A stretch of DNA of 52,785 nucleotides, from contig MU271435.1 in NCBI GenBank assembly GCA_021432655.1, positions 13,414 to 66,198 on the forward strand, given 5' to 3'. The stretch is from Atractiella rhizophila. Its lineage: Eukaryota. Under the pieces are notes generated by a model. The model did no database searches. It saw nothing but the letters and a program-made list of their open reading frames with translations, and had not been told where the DNA came from. Below are positions 1 to 13,164 of the stretch, piece after piece; the stretch's first letter is position 1, and every line of letters begins with the position of its first letter. The translations under genes were made by a program, and so were the position numbers.

Positions 1-1327
1 GCTCTTCTCGCATCGGATGACAGTATCGATCACGAGTATCTCCCCATCACCGGTCTCCCCTCCTTCACCACTGCATCAGCAAAACTTATCTCTTTGGGGA
101 AAATCACAAAGTAATCAAAGAGGATCGCGTCGCCAGCGTACAGACCATCTCTGGGACTGGGGCGAATCACCTCGGAGCACTTTTCCTGGCTCGCTACTAC
201 AGACCTCCTGGACTCCCTCCTCATGGAGGTGTCAAGCTTTATATCTCAAACCCTACTTGGGGTGCGTGTTCTTTTGAACTTACCAGGGCGTCTTGAGAAC
301 TTAGGCTGGTTCAGCGAATCATGAACCTATCTTTGCGAATGTTGGAATATCAGCGACCAAGTATCCATACTATGATCCGAAGACGATCGCCTTAGATATG
401 AAGGGATTTTCGAAGACTTTAGAGGAGGCGCCGAACCACAGCATCTTCCTCCTGCACGCTTGCGCGCACAATCCCACCGGTTAGTAGCGGCATTCCTGAC
501 CAATCACGAACATGGAATAACAGGTGGCAATAGGCGTTGATCCCACACCAGAGCAGTGGAAGGAACTCGCCGAGATCTTCCTGCGCAAAAAACACTTTGC
601 CTTCTTCGATTGCGCATATCAAGGCTTCGCTTCGGGTTCTCTCGACAACGATGCGTTCTCCGTCCGGCTCTTTGCAGACCTCAACGTTCCCATGCTTGTT
701 TGCCAGTCGTACGCGAAGAATGCTGGTCTGTACGGAGAGCGGATTGGATGTCTGAATCTCATTGCGTCGACGGCTGGTGACGGTGTGGGAGGGAAAGCGA
801 GGCTTCAGAGTCAACTCAGTGTGCTGAGTAGAGTTGAGATCTCAAACCCGCCGACCTTCGGAGCACGAATCGTTGGTTTCCTTTTACTGCCTCCGCATTC
901 TTATTCGGACTCTGAATTTTAATGGCGCAGGTATCAAAGATTCTCAATGATCCCCAACTCTTTGAAGAATGGAAGAGGGACGTGAAGGAGATGGCAGATC
1001 GAATCATCTGGACGAGGGAGACTCTGTACAATCTTTTGACTCAGAAATACCAAACTCCTCCTCTAGGAGATAGCGGGAACTGGGAACACATTCGTCGGCA
1101 AATTGGAATGTTCAGTTTCACTGGTCTCAATCGTTCGTCCATCTCATTTACTTCCAAAACTGATATTAAAATTAACGTTGGAAACAGCGGAACAAGTGGC
1201 TGTAATTGTGAAAAAAGGGCACGTCTATATGACTGGCAACGGCAGGATTTCGATGGCTGGTCTGAATACGAAGAACATTGAATATGTTGCTGAGTGTATC
1301 GATAAAGCTGTAAGAGGTACATTCTGA
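1..1327 (+). CDS. Aspartate aminotransferase (class I PLP enzyme), 5'-truncated by the window edge, multi-exon; apparent frameshift near 88-93
   Basis: Spliced translation gives HEYLPITGLP, VQTISGTGANHLGA, SNPTW-ANH, LLHACAHNPTG-VDPT, FFDCAYQGFASG, QSYAKNAGLYGERIG (PLP lysine), QIGMFSFTGL and GRISMAGLN; stop at 1325-1327; introns e.g. 262-314. Confidence 0.95.
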
Positions 1328-1580
1328 CGACCGTGAAGGGAAATGTGTGTGTAGATCCGTTGTACTCGGAATAATATCCAAAAAGTGTCTCCATTCCAGC
1401 TTCTGGCTTCTCTGCACCTGTGTGCACTTTACTGACCACATTAATATTTTAGCTGCGTCCATCTCTCTCTGGATTTCTTCCAGATTACCACGTGACTGAT
1501 GCCGTCACTCACGAGGCTGATTGAGACCCTTATCTTGGATTCATTAAATTTTTTTCCCAAGTCTCTTGCAAGATTGCAAG

Positions 1581-3477
1581 ATGTCTACTCCTTTCGAACC
1601 CACTGAACACGCTCACAGACGTTTCAATCCCCTTACACAAACTTGGGTGCTCTGCTCCCGTTCGTCTTTCCCTCACTTCCATAGACGCATTTACTGATGA
1701 TATGTTGATATGTTGGCGATTCTTAGCGCATCGCACGAAAAGGCCGTGGCAGGGCGAAACTAACCCTCCTGTCCTTGACGATCGCCCTGTATTTGATCCA
1801 AAATGCTATTTATGCCCTGGGAATGAAAGAGCGGGAGGGCTTAAGAATGAAAAGTATGAGACTACTTGGATTTTTGAGGTACGTTGTTATCTTCACTTGA
1901 ATTTGAGGAGGAAGGCGACAGCGGGAGAGGAACCGCGCAACCCCATCTTTCTCTTGTTCGAGTGGTACAGCCATACTAGTTACAGAGATCTGTTCATCTA
2001 CAGTTCCAGTGATGAAGTAGTCATTGGGTAGCATACACTCTGTCGTTGTCCAGCAGACACATCTGATCTACATGGGTACAGCGCCATTCCAGCGTCGAAG
2101 AATCTACATCTCAGTTATTGCGTCCTCAATTGTTGCAGAACTGCAGGATAGTTGGAATTACTAACGCCCGCGGCGCTACAGAACGATTATGCTGCTGTAC
2201 AAGATCTTACAGTAACCACAGACGCGACGCAAGCCGCCACAGCAAGTCAGCATTTGTATTCTATCCATGCTGTACATCTGATCCCGTTCGTGCGGATAGC
2301 AAACCTTTTCAGGGCTGCTCCAGCTCGAGGAAAATGCCATGTTGTCTGTTTCTCTCCAAAGCATAATTTAACGATCGCCGAGATGTCAGACGAAGAGAGG
2401 TTAAGAGTTATCACAGCTTGGTTCGTCATATTGCTCCTTTCTCTAGATTAAGATCGAAAGAAAAGCAGGCAGGAATTGTATAAGGATGTGTCAGAGAAAC
2501 ATGAATGGATTAAGTATATCCAGATGTATGCAGTTTCAATACCTCGGGCGAAAATGCTGAGGACGGTGTAGATTCGAAAATAAAGGCGCTCTGATGGGGT
2601 GCTCTAATCCTCATCCTCATGGACAGGTGCGTCGTTTCATTCTATCTTATCGACGGGTCAACCAACCGAGAGCAGTCATGGTCGCTAGACTACATTCCCA
2701 GCCTCCCATCTGCGATCCTTCGTTCTTTCAAAGAGTTCGCAATGAAAGAAGTCAATTTAGAAAGTGCCAAATCATCAAAGATCCCTTTATTGTTCGTATT
2801 CTTTCTCCCATCTCGACTCTCCTATTCAACAGTGAAAAAGAAATAACGGACGACCCTCTCTCCTTCTCACTTACGCATCCCAGGAGCTCTCTACTTATCG
2901 CACATCGCCAGAAAGTTCGCGCCTCATCGTGACACCAACGGAGGAATCCCATTTCCTCGCGCTTGTGCCCTACTGGGCAACTTGGCCGTATGAAGTCATG
3001 ATCCTTCCTTTCAGAAGGCACATTCCCCATGTGGCTGAGTTGAAAGAGGAAGAGCGGAGGAACCTGGCGGTGGTACTAGGACAAGCGACCAGGAAGATGG
3101 AGTGCGTCTCACCCATCGGTAGGCCAGAGAACTGAAGATTTTTCCTACAGCAACCTGTTTCAGACTTCCTTCCCGTACTCAATGGGGCTCTACCAATCCC
3201 CAGTGTCGGGAAGTGATGAGCGCGAATGGGCACAGTTCCACATCTCTTTTTATCCTCCACTTTTGAGGAGCGCAGACGTCAGGAAATTCCTTGTTGGGTT
3301 TGTGTCGCGGCTTTCAACTCCCAGGCTCTTTTCTGATATTGGAACAGATTTGAGCTCTTCGCCGAAGCCCAGAGGGATATTACACCTGAACAGGCAGCTG
3401 AGAAACTCAGGAACCTGCCTGATATCCATTACAAAGCGAAATTGATGACTAGCTCCGCCGCCACGCTTCACAATTGA
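1581..3477 (+). CDS. GAL7: Galactose-1-phosphate uridylyltransferase, multi-exon
   Basis: ATG 1581 [43 protein letters not shown], catalytic [11 protein letters not shown] (from 2594), [38 protein letters not shown]; stop TGA 3475-3477. Confidence 0.96.
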
Positions 3478-5480
3478 CCAAAGCAACTGAAATCGTCGAT
3501 GCGCTGACTCGCTCGAGATGGTTCATCGTTCTTTCACTAAGGAAAGCTATTGTGGCACGGCTGGTAAGCTTGTCGCATGGGGGAAGCTATCCTGACGAAC
3601 AAGGTTGCGTTGTAAAATATGTTCGAATCTTTTCATCCTGAATTTCATGCAGCCCACTCTCGCAGGATTTATCAACGACTGGGAGATGAGATGCACATTG
3701 TCCCTGGCTATCCAAATGCACCTGAAATGATATCCCATTGAAAACAGATGACCAAGGACAAGACCTCACTCCAGGGCAGAACCTTACCTCGAGCAAGGAT
3801 TTTAGGATCTCTCAGCTCACGAAAAGGGAGGGAGGGTTGTTTTCGAGCACAGATGAATGTGAAGGCAGATTTGCTACTTTCTGCAGAGAGTCCATGAATG
3901 GCTCCGCAATGATCAATGATTCGCTCCTCGCTGCCGACTCACGTCTGTGTACCTTCAGTTCAGTCGTCAACTCCCTGCATGAGCTCCACATTCGTACCTC
4001 ACCTTGCAGGAGCCACATCCCCCTTAGCTTGTCACTCATTCACATCTTGTCAACTACGCCGCCGGATGCTACTGGGGGCACGAAGGTGCATGGTAATTTG
4101 GGATAGATTGGAGTGTGCGGGTGTGAAGACTACCAATCATCGGTTGGATGCTTTGAGTTGTGGTTGGGAGGACGTGAAGTGGATCAAGGGCTAATCGCGA
4201 ACCAAACCAAGCGAGCCCGAGAGTACGTGTCATGTGTACGCTATGGGGACACAAAGATCCGATGGTTTCGTATATTCGCTCTAATGCGTTACTTAGTACT
4301 TATCCCAGCTTTCCAAATGTAAAAACTGTCAGTTCAATCATTCTATCTGCAAACTTGGCTCATCCAGCCGGTATTTTGCATCTTTTTCGGAGTTGATACT
4401 ATACTATTGGTAGCGGTGTACCCAACTGTTTACGACCCTTTCATTGTTACAAGGAAGGACCATGAGGGACAACTAAGTTTGAAAGTAAATTTTCAGCTCA
4501 CCACTCTCCCGAAATAGGTTCTCCCCTGTAGATTTGACCAGATGGCATCGCAGGATTGGCTACGATCGAGCTGAACAGAGCGAGCAGTGAGGGAGAGTGG
4601 CTGAGAAGGCGGGAGGAGGAGGAGAGGTGAGCACCGACGCTTATTTCCTTGACAAGGAAGGCGCAAAACAAAAGTGGGATGGCGCGATTGAGGTTGTTCG
4701 GAGAGAGAGAGAGGGAAAGCGTGCGGCGTAACGTGTCACTCAACAAAAAGTGTTGGCTGCTTCCTCATCAAAAGCAGTTACAGGCACAACTGACTATTTC
4801 CCTACATCGTAGATCCTCTTTTGAGGAGACGCTGGGCCGCTGGGGTTCTGGCTGGCTGGCTGGCTGGCACTTCTCGCAAGCCTTCGGTATATATCCATTT
4901 TTTTTTTCGACTTTGTGCAAACAGGCCCGGAGGGGCAAGTGGGGAACTTCTGAAACCCTGACCCTGAGACGAAATGACTGTCCGTCCTCACTGCCATCAC
5001 CTCCATCAGGCTCCCAACTCTCCCTCACATCTCATTTTGTTGCACCTTTGGCCATCCCTGTTGGACCAATTTTACTAATATTGCGAGGGAGTCATCTGAA
5101 TACGCTCCATTGACGGAGGTAAGTTGCCATCCTCTTCTAGTCGCCTATGGTCATTTTCCTTTGGTCTGAGCTCGTTTTCCTTCCCCCTATCGAACTTCTC
5201 TCTAAATAATCCAACTCTCAAATGCTCAAGCCTCCTCTGTCTTTTCTCCGACTATAGCGCGGTTCCGCAATTTGTCTGATTCAGCAACCTCCACATTTTC
5301 CGCCACAACCATCCTATATATAACCGACTCTACTGACTTTGCAACACCTTTGTCGGTGCAGTTCTTTGTTCAGTGAATTCTCAACACTCTTCCGGAAGAA
5401 AGGAGTTTAGAAGAAAGAACTAGCTTTGTTGAACCTCCTCTTATAAGTGGAGGCAATTGCCTGAGTTCGCTTCAGTCCTC

Positions 5481-6721
5481 ATGTCGTCTTCACAAAAGTC
5501 CAGAGAGTTCACAACTGAGGGGAAATCTGTGGAGACTTCCGGCTCAACGGAAGTAACAGGCCCCTCTCAAACACAAACGTTGAAACCTGAGGATACGGCG
5601 CGAAATGCACTATGTAAGTTCGAATTCAATATCGATTTTGAGCATGACTGACTGAGAATTTGCTAGCTTGTCTTGGACGGGATGGACACGCAATGACTAG
5701 GGAGGAGTTTCTGTCGTACCATTCCCCGACCAATCCCTCCGCGACACAGAAACGAGAATCTTTGTGGGCCATCAATTTCAACGATAGGAGAGAGAGTTCT
5801 GCTACCCATGGGGTCTCACGAATATATGACGACTACACCTATCCCCTTGTGCGCTTTGAACTCACCGTCCTTTCAACGAATTTCGATGGCTCGGATCTTC
5901 GTCTTCTGTCCTCGTTCCTGGCTGTATGTGAGGACCCAAGCGACGACGTAGTTGCAAGAGGAGAAATAACAGACATGTTCCATCCGGATCATGACGTGGA
6001 TGGACGATATTACCTAGCACATCGCAGGCTCACGTTCACGACGATACGACGACCAAAACTGCTAGAGCGTCGTCCGCCTCTCCAAAATAACAGCAATGGG
6101 AGAAAACCCCCAAACCCCAATGCTTCAAGGCGTTATGAAATGTATTTGCGGCTAACCTACTTCGCGAGGAAGTTGCGAGAGTTGAGGCAGGCTTTGAATC
6201 CTTCTTTGGGGTTCTCCGCTCTTGCAGCTTCCATTGCTGCGAACCCTACCCTTTCCATTCAAGTAAGGAGCGGCTTTGCTGTCACGGGTACGGTCATATC
6301 CTCGTTATCTTGCCTTTTTTTCGCTTCAGGGATACTCGTCGAAGTCTTGGAGACCAAATTACGTCAACTTATTCTTGAAGGTTATCCGCAGGGCCAGGCA
6401 ACCAAAAATCGTCCTCATCGTCGCTCGAATTTCGTGAGGACAATCGCCTCCCTCAAGCACTACTCGGCCCTTTTTGTTACTGGTGCAGCTGTCACAGCAT
6501 CTGTGGCGTCCCATCCTGATATTCCGGAAAGCACGAGGCGGCCGTTAGCCGTCATTGGGATCGTTCTTGCCGCCACGGGATGTGCTCTCTACATTGTCAG
6601 CTCGACAACCTGGTTACTTCTCTCGGATGGCGTTGTGGAACCCGACCTGAAGGGCAAAGCAAGCCTGTCGGTGGAGCTCAAGGCTCTTGGTTCTCTCTCC
6701 CCTCCCCCTGAACCAGATTAG
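5481..6721 (+). CDS. Orphan protein with hydrophobic C-terminal half (paralog A)
   Basis: Exon 5481-5613, intron 5614-5666 (GTAAGT...TAG), exon 5667-6721. The intron position is shared with the paralog at 43721-45044. Several predicted hydrophobic helices; no family recognised. Confidence 0.8.
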
Positions 6722-8763
6722 GATCAAGACTGTTCTGCGCTCTAGAAGTTTGATGTAGTCACGTAGGCGATCTCGATGATCAGCCATTTCCTTTGACTGC
6801 ATGGCTTCTCCGACTTCGAGATTCGTGACAGTTCAACGTCTTCGCCACTCGTACAGTGACCTCGCAGCGCCGCTGTGTCTCTTGTACATAGTTGCTCACA
6901 TAGCAAGACGGTTGGTGAGACAGAAGACCTGTCTGCTGATGGCTCGCCGTCTCTAACGCGCAAACTTGCTACGATATCACTCCATTCCTCCCTCATAACT
7001 TCCCTGCAATAAATATGATCCTAGCCAGACCACCCTTTTTTTTTTGGGAATTGTCCTCCAAGTATCTGGAACCTACAAATCATCCACAACCCGAGCCATG
7101 TTCCCATCATGAGAATATGTCCCTTCAATAATGATTTCATGGCATTGAAGAGTAGTTCAGCACTCATTGGTGGAGTGTCTAAGTTGCCAGAGACTTATGG
7201 ATGCATTGGGGAGATGTTGGAAGGAGTGTTTGGACAGTGTTGGAGGATTATTTTGTGGAGGGGGTGGAGGATGTTTTGGAAGTGTTGTTTCGTAATTGTG
7301 TAATGAGTGGTCTCGGTGTGTTAAGGATTACAGAGTAATTGTGCCATCCTCTCCAAAGAAGATTGCCATGATTCTTCACATGCAAATTTTGCAACATCAT
7401 ACTATTGCATGTGTTCCAAGATGCTACTTCATCTCTTTGTATCTAAAGCTGTCCAGCTTCATTCTTCCGATCGCCATTCCCTGATCACACTTCATAATTC
7501 TTGGCTTTTTGCTCGCTCTGATTTGTTCACCTTTGCCTTTGCCTTTCATCTTCCCTCATCTTTCTTCCTCTCCCATACCAGTTGCACCATCGATAGTTCC
7601 GCCTTTTGTCACTTGCTCTCGTACTGCTTATTCAAAATTTCACTGCCTAAATACAAACACCATCAGTTCATTCTACAGATTGAGCCCCAGATAGCCAAGA
7701 TATTAAGGCTGTTTCCCTTCAGCAGAATGCCTCCTAGCACCATTAAACAAGAAAATGGCAAGCAAAAGCGGTTAAGATATTCTAGCTCCTAACTCATCGA
7801 TAAAGAAGATTTTTCAAACACAAGTGAGAAAGCCAAGCAGATCAAAGAATAAAGTTTCATCAGATGATCATGCTTCCAGACAAACCTGACAGCCTGGAAC
7901 TAAGGACTATAGTTTTTCAAGCTACTTCCTACTCTCTAATCTCCTTAAGCTTCTGATTCTATATTCTGTATGGCCAGTGACCTGTATCAACTGTCCTCCT
8001 CAATGCTTTTTTGATCTTGATGAATTGTGTTCTGTGTGAATTGGTGCCCAGGTCGCCTGTTTGATGACCAGCACTTGTTTACATATTTGCACTCCAATCA
8101 ACATTTGTGCAAGTCAGCATCCATTGCCAATTTGTATCTCCCGTCATCTGTTTGTATTCTGTATCAATTGATGCCCAGTCACCCATTCACAGTTAGTGAG
8201 AGCCTTCAGCTCAACTTTGAGCCTTTTTGTGAAAGGTACTGCAGCTGAATCAAACTTTGGAGTCTCTATTCCTTGTGCTCACCAATTTGGTGCCTGGCAT
8301 TCGGATAGTTGATCCTTCTAACACTATCCGTCCTTTACATCCACATATGCAAGAAAATAAGCCTGTGGACAAGCCCAACCTTCCAGCCAATCAATGTGAT
8401 CAGACGGCTAAACGTTGGAACTTTATGCATAGGACCCTTTGAAGGGTTATAAGCCATATGACGGAGCAAAGACACCTACAACTTTTTTGCCACTTTCAGG
8501 TATTTCTGAACTCTATTTTTCACACAACGATCACTGCTGCATTTATCTTTACATACATTGAAGATATCCTGATTGCGACAAAGCCAAAGAGGAACACTGG
8601 GAAGGCATTCAACAAGTTTGTCAATTTTACATGAAAATGGACTTTACGTAAATTTGCAGAAATGTGTGGTGTTAAGATGAGGTGGAGTATGTAGGTTTGG
8701 TTGTTTCCAGCAGGGGGATCGAACCAGACCCAGTAGAAGTTGCAGGTGTGATGGATTGGTCAG

Positions 8764-8920
8764 AACCAAAAAAACATGAAGGAAGTCCAAATGTTTCTTC
8801 GTTTCGCCAACTTCTACTGCCGTTTTGCAACAGATTCTGTCACAACCAAAAAACAGGAAGGAAGTCCAATGTTTCTTCGTTTGCCAACTTCTACTGCCAT
8901 TTTGCGACAGATTCTATCAC
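8764..8920 (+). repeat. ~80-bp tandem duplication within the RT of copy A
   Basis: aaccaaaaaa(a)ca.gaaggaagtccaa...cagattct.tcac occurs at 8764 and again at 8844. Confidence 0.85.
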
Positions 8921-10208
8921 AACACACGATCATTATAGGACCTAACAAAAAATGTTGCTTCTTGGGTCTGAGGCATATCAGCAACATTCGTTCGCCACTC
9001 TGAAACAGTTCATGATTTCAGTGCCTGTTTTGGCACATTCTGAACCAACATGATTATTTCTGCTCAAACTTGGTGTGTCACATTTCATGACTGGCACCCT
9101 GTTGTCACAAATGAAGTCAAGTGGCGAGTTTCACCATCTTGGTTTTGTGTCAAAATTGCCCAATGCTGCCCAGAGGAACTATGATACCTACGATAAAGAG
9201 ATGCTTACAATTATATGTGGACTACAGGAATTCTTGTGGAGACACCTCCTTCAGGGTACTGATGGCCCATTTCTGATCTTGACAGATCACAAAACCTTGA
9301 GTATTTCAGGATACCACAAAGTTATATCAGCAACAAGCGTGTTGGATCACCGAACTTGCATCTTTACTTCACTCTTTTACACCATACTGGACGAAATTCC
9401 ACAATACCGGATGTGCCAGTTGGCAACTGGATCACAAACTGGTGACTTATGTCAATTTCAATGCAGTGCTACTCCCTGAGCGTTTTTTCAACACAAATCA
9501 TATCATCAACTCAACTGGATGTGTACTTGAGCATACTAGAACGTGTGAAAAGATGCCTGAATAGGAAGGACAAGTGGGTGAAGGGAGAGTTCCCAGATGA
9601 ACATGTCAATGGGAGAGTTTCCAGATGAACACATCATTTTAAATTCGCTGACGAGAATGGCAAGAAGTGACAATGCTGTCTACTTTCACGGAAAACTGTT
9701 CATTCCGCAAGATGACAATACTCACTGCTTGACTTTGCAAAACCTGAACGATTCACAAATCACCGGTCATCCAGGTGTAAAATCAACGACCATTCTCATA
9801 AATAGGTACTACTTGTGGCCAAGTTTGGCATATATGTTTGCTGCTATATGGGTGCCTGTCACACTTGTCATAGGACAAAAGCTTCCCTTCTCCACCTTTT
9901 GGATTGTTACAACCAAATGACATACCCACATGTGATTGGCAAATTGTCAGCATGGACTTAGTTGCACCGCTCCCAGAATCTTGGGGTTTGACATGATTGT
10001 CGTCATAGCCGAAAGACTCTTAAAACATACCCATCTCATACCTACCCATTCAACAATGGATGCAGAAGGCTTTGCAAGACTTTTTCTTGATCACGTATGG
10101 AAGTTACATGGACTTTGATATCACGATTTTCGATTGAGGTAAAGAGTTTCCAAATTCACATCGGCACATTATTGTCTGTTAGCCATCAAGGGTTTGGCAT
10201 CGATAGCC

Positions 10209-10401
10209 TGTGAGAGTAGGAGCGTGGTACTCACCGCACTGCCCACCGCTATCTTCGTGCTTACCCCACTTTGCCCCACTTCCATGTATATGTAGTCCAC
10301 TTCCTCCTCTCTGCTCTAGTGGTTCACTACCTAGAGCAGGTAGGTCCTGCATTGCATCCAGAGTGGTTGTTCACCATCCAGAGCAGAACGACCCTCTCAC
10401 C
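10209..10401. mobile_element. Short solo LTR (193 bp) inserted in the integrase of copy A
   Basis: Termini TGTGAGAG...CTCTCACC; TSD TAGCC (10204-10208) / CAGCC (10402-10406); host integrase sequence (S-T-A-Y-H-P-Q-S-D-G-Q) resumes across it. Confidence 0.8.
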
Positions 10402-10486
10402 CAGCCTACCACCCACAAAGTGATGGCCAGGCAAACATATGAACCAAGAACTTAAGCAATATTTGTCCATTTTCTGCAACCACCTT

Positions 10487-10777
10487 TGTAAAGGTTAGAA
10501 GGTTTCACGACTAGAGTTTACAAAGCTTATGTGCTTTGATCTCTTTCACACTAAGTTTAAACAACAATCCTTTCGTAAGCTAGGTGAAAGACTTAATGTT
10601 GTTGGTTGTCGGTAATCCTTATGTTATTCCAAAGAAATATCATAAGATGAAATGTATACAAGAGGTTTGAAGGTTGGTTGTGGAGGCATCGATCCAGTCT
10701 CTGTGTGTTGAAGGAGTAGAATGTTGGAATGTTCGGGAATCCTTGTCTGTTTGAGCTCCTTTCATGTGGTTATGGAA
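10487..10777 (-). mobile_element. Truncated LTR of gypsy family X
   Basis: Aligns to 11888-12180 (tgtaaag.ttaga.ggttt...gagctcc.ttt.atgtggtta.ggaa); the far end is deleted together with part of the host integrase. Confidence 0.85.
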
Positions 10778-11887
10778 AGCACAAGTGGCACTCAAGCAAG
10801 CAATTGATCTCATGGCAAAGCATTATGACAAGAAATGTGCATTGGTGCCCAAATATCACATCAGCGATTTCGTCTGGTTGAGTGCAAGAAACGTCAAATT
10901 GATGTTACCTGTCAAAAAGTTGGACGATAAATAGCAGTCCCCTTTCATGTTTTGTCAGTTTTGGGTCCCCTTAACCTCAAACTTGACTTGCCATCCTTAT
11001 GGAACATACACGTCCTCCATGTTGCCCTAGTATGAAAAGTCAACACAGATGACATCCCTGGCAGAGTCCAATTGCCCAAACTACCCCCAAAGCTGGTAAG
11101 TGGAATTGAAGAATGGGGAGTGGAAAAAACTGCCAACGGCAATGGTTTGACACTTGTCGCAGAGTTTTCAAATGTCGCATTTGATACAAAAGGTACTCAC
11201 CATCTGAGGACAAGTGGATCAGCATCAAAGATCTCAAAAATTTGCAAGATGCCCTAAAAGACTATCACACTGCACATCCTCTTGCAGTTTGTCCTGATTC
11301 CACATCAAACTCCTCCAAAATCACCCAACAGGCTTTTTTATAATCTTCGACGAAAATGTGCTGAAGGGTCTCCTCACTCTAAATGGGTCCAACACCCTAT
11401 TTGCCCTGCCAGGTGAAATCCTAGGCTTTGGTGTTTAGGTCAAGGCAGGGTGCTGACTTGCTCCTCAACGGGCAGGTTGGCAATTTAGTTGTTGATGAGT
11501 CCATTCGTTGCCTGCTGAGATAAATGCTCATTGCGTTCTCACACTAACAACAATGTCGCCCTTATGAATATGGCCCTCCATTGTGTGGTCCCTCCCCCTC
11601 ATTTTAAGAGGTCCTACTCTTCTGCATGCCCTGCTGGGTGAATTCCTAGTCACATTGTTGAACATAGGTCAAGGTGACGTGCCGATCTGTTGCTCATTGG
11701 ACAGATCAACAGCCAGATCATTGTCAAATTTGACAAGCTTCTCAAATTGCAAGGTACACAAATCTCTTACTCCACCAACCTGGTCTCTTTTCGAGCACCG
11801 ACTTATTGTTTGGGCTGACACTATGTATGATCGCCGATGGGCGATGTGTCTGTAGTGAAGATAAACCTAAATGCATCATATGGCATG

Positions 11888-12340
11888 TGTAAAGATTAGA
11901 CGGTTTACGACTAGACTTTACAAAGTTTATGTCCTTTGATCTCTTTCACACTAGGTTTAAACAACAATGCTTTCGTAAGCTAGGCACAAGACTTGACGTT
12001 GTTGGTTGTTGGTAATCCTTATGTTATTCCGAAGAAGTACTATAAGATGAAATGTATACAAGAGGTTCGCAGGGTTGGTTACCGAGATGTTGATCCAGTC
12101 TCTGGAATGTGCTGAAGGTAGAGTCGTTGGAATGTCTGGAATCCTTACTTGTTTGAGCTCCTTTTATGTGGTTACGGAATTGTTCCAGAATATTCCAGAC
12201 ACTCTAAGCAATGGCAGTTAAGGTTATTCAGAGAATATTCTAGACTATTCTACCATATTCCAGAGTAATGTTCTAGGCTGTTCTAGGAGGTTCCGGAAGG
12301 TTCCAGTATCTCCTATAATGTATGTGGCCTAACCATTACA
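11888..12340 (-). repeat. 3' LTR of element X
   Basis: TGTAA...TTACA termini; PPT adjacent; matches 20247-20553. Confidence 0.9.
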
Positions 12341-12576
12341 ACTTCTCCCTCCTTGAAAGGAAGGCTTGTCCTCAAGCCTTGTAGAAATGAACCTGTAGTA
12401 ACGTGGCACTGTACTATCTTCTTTTATGAACAGTGTTCGATTGTTCTTATTGATCTAGTGCCTTTGTATCATACAAGTTCTTTGGTTGAGAAATACAAAT
12501 ACAAGGGGTTCTCTTACCCTAGCAATATAAGTACAAGTTGTTCGCTATATCCTTTAAGAAGGAACTTTTCCGACGT

Positions 12577-13164
12577 TTAGTGTCTGGCAGCATCAAAAGC
12601 CTTCAAAAACTTCCTAGTAGCTTTCATAGCTACAAGTAGTTTCCTACAAGCAGGTTGCCTGTGTAAGTCCTCGAGGGTCAGCCAATAGACAGGTCTTCCA
12701 ATTGGGTGGTGTCTTCCTGTCTCCAGATCCCAGTTGAGGACTGCTAAGATCTTCCAACCACAGGGTTCCGAGGTGTCAGTCTTGCACATCATGATGTGAT
12801 AGATGAGTGAGGCTTTGGTGAAGGCAGGGCTGAAGTCTCTCATACCGGCATTTTCGACTTGGATGGGGGCTCGCCAAGGCAGAGGAGGAGAAGGAGGTTG
12901 ACCATTGGGGATAATTCCGTAATACCCTCCTTGAAGGCTTCCAGGGACGATCGGGGCCGAAAGAGCTCTTAAAATCTCTGTCGTAGCGAATATCTTGGCT
13001 GGGCTCTTCTTTGGAGGCTGATAAACTGCAACGTCTTGCAAACCAGTAGACATGGTCTCCAAAGAGGGCGAGGGAGCTAGCGATGTTAAAGATAGCGTCT
13101 TCAATGTCCGAAGTTGAAGCATCAGGTCTGAGCGATTGTGCAACAGCAACCGATTCGAGTTCAT
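12577..13164 (-). CDS. Unassigned ORF in the 3' region of element X
   Basis: 195-aa ORF on the element's sense strand between pol and PPT; the C-terminus (KILAVL...WLTLEDL...CRKLL...F) is weakly chromodomain-like. Confidence 0.35.
   Translation of the reverse strand: MNSNRLLLHNRSDLMLQLRTLKTLSLTSLAPSPSLETMSTGLQDVAVYQPPKKSPAKIFATTEILRALSAPIVPGSLQGGYYGIIPNGQPPSPPLPWRAPIQVENAGMRDFSPAFTKASLIYHIMMCKTDTSEPCGWKILAVLNWDLETGRHHPIGRPVYWLTLEDLHRQPACRKLLVAMKATRKFLKAFDAARH

Larger units (their letters stand above)
8490..11806 (+). mobile_element. Decayed Ty3/gypsy chromovirus copy A (RT end, RNase H, integrase, chromodomain, 3' region); continues at 20952-21222
   Basis: Fragments such as GIEPDPVEVAGVMDW, QRNYDTYDKEML, GHPGVKST, FLDHVWKLHGL and EEWGVEK align to the element at 35063-41309; many frameshifts and CpG-to-TpG/CpA changes. 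Confidence 0.9.

Noticed and set aside
1581..3477. Possible GAL gene cluster
   Set aside because: No GAL1 or GAL10 sequence in the window; GAL7 stands alone here.
3500..5450. Short ORFs and (GGCT)n repeat between GAL7 and paralog A
   Set aside because: No recognisable domains, splice pattern or element termini.
7000..8480. CpG-poor region with short ORFs
   Set aside because: Probably an old TE remnant, but no motif or terminus supports a call.
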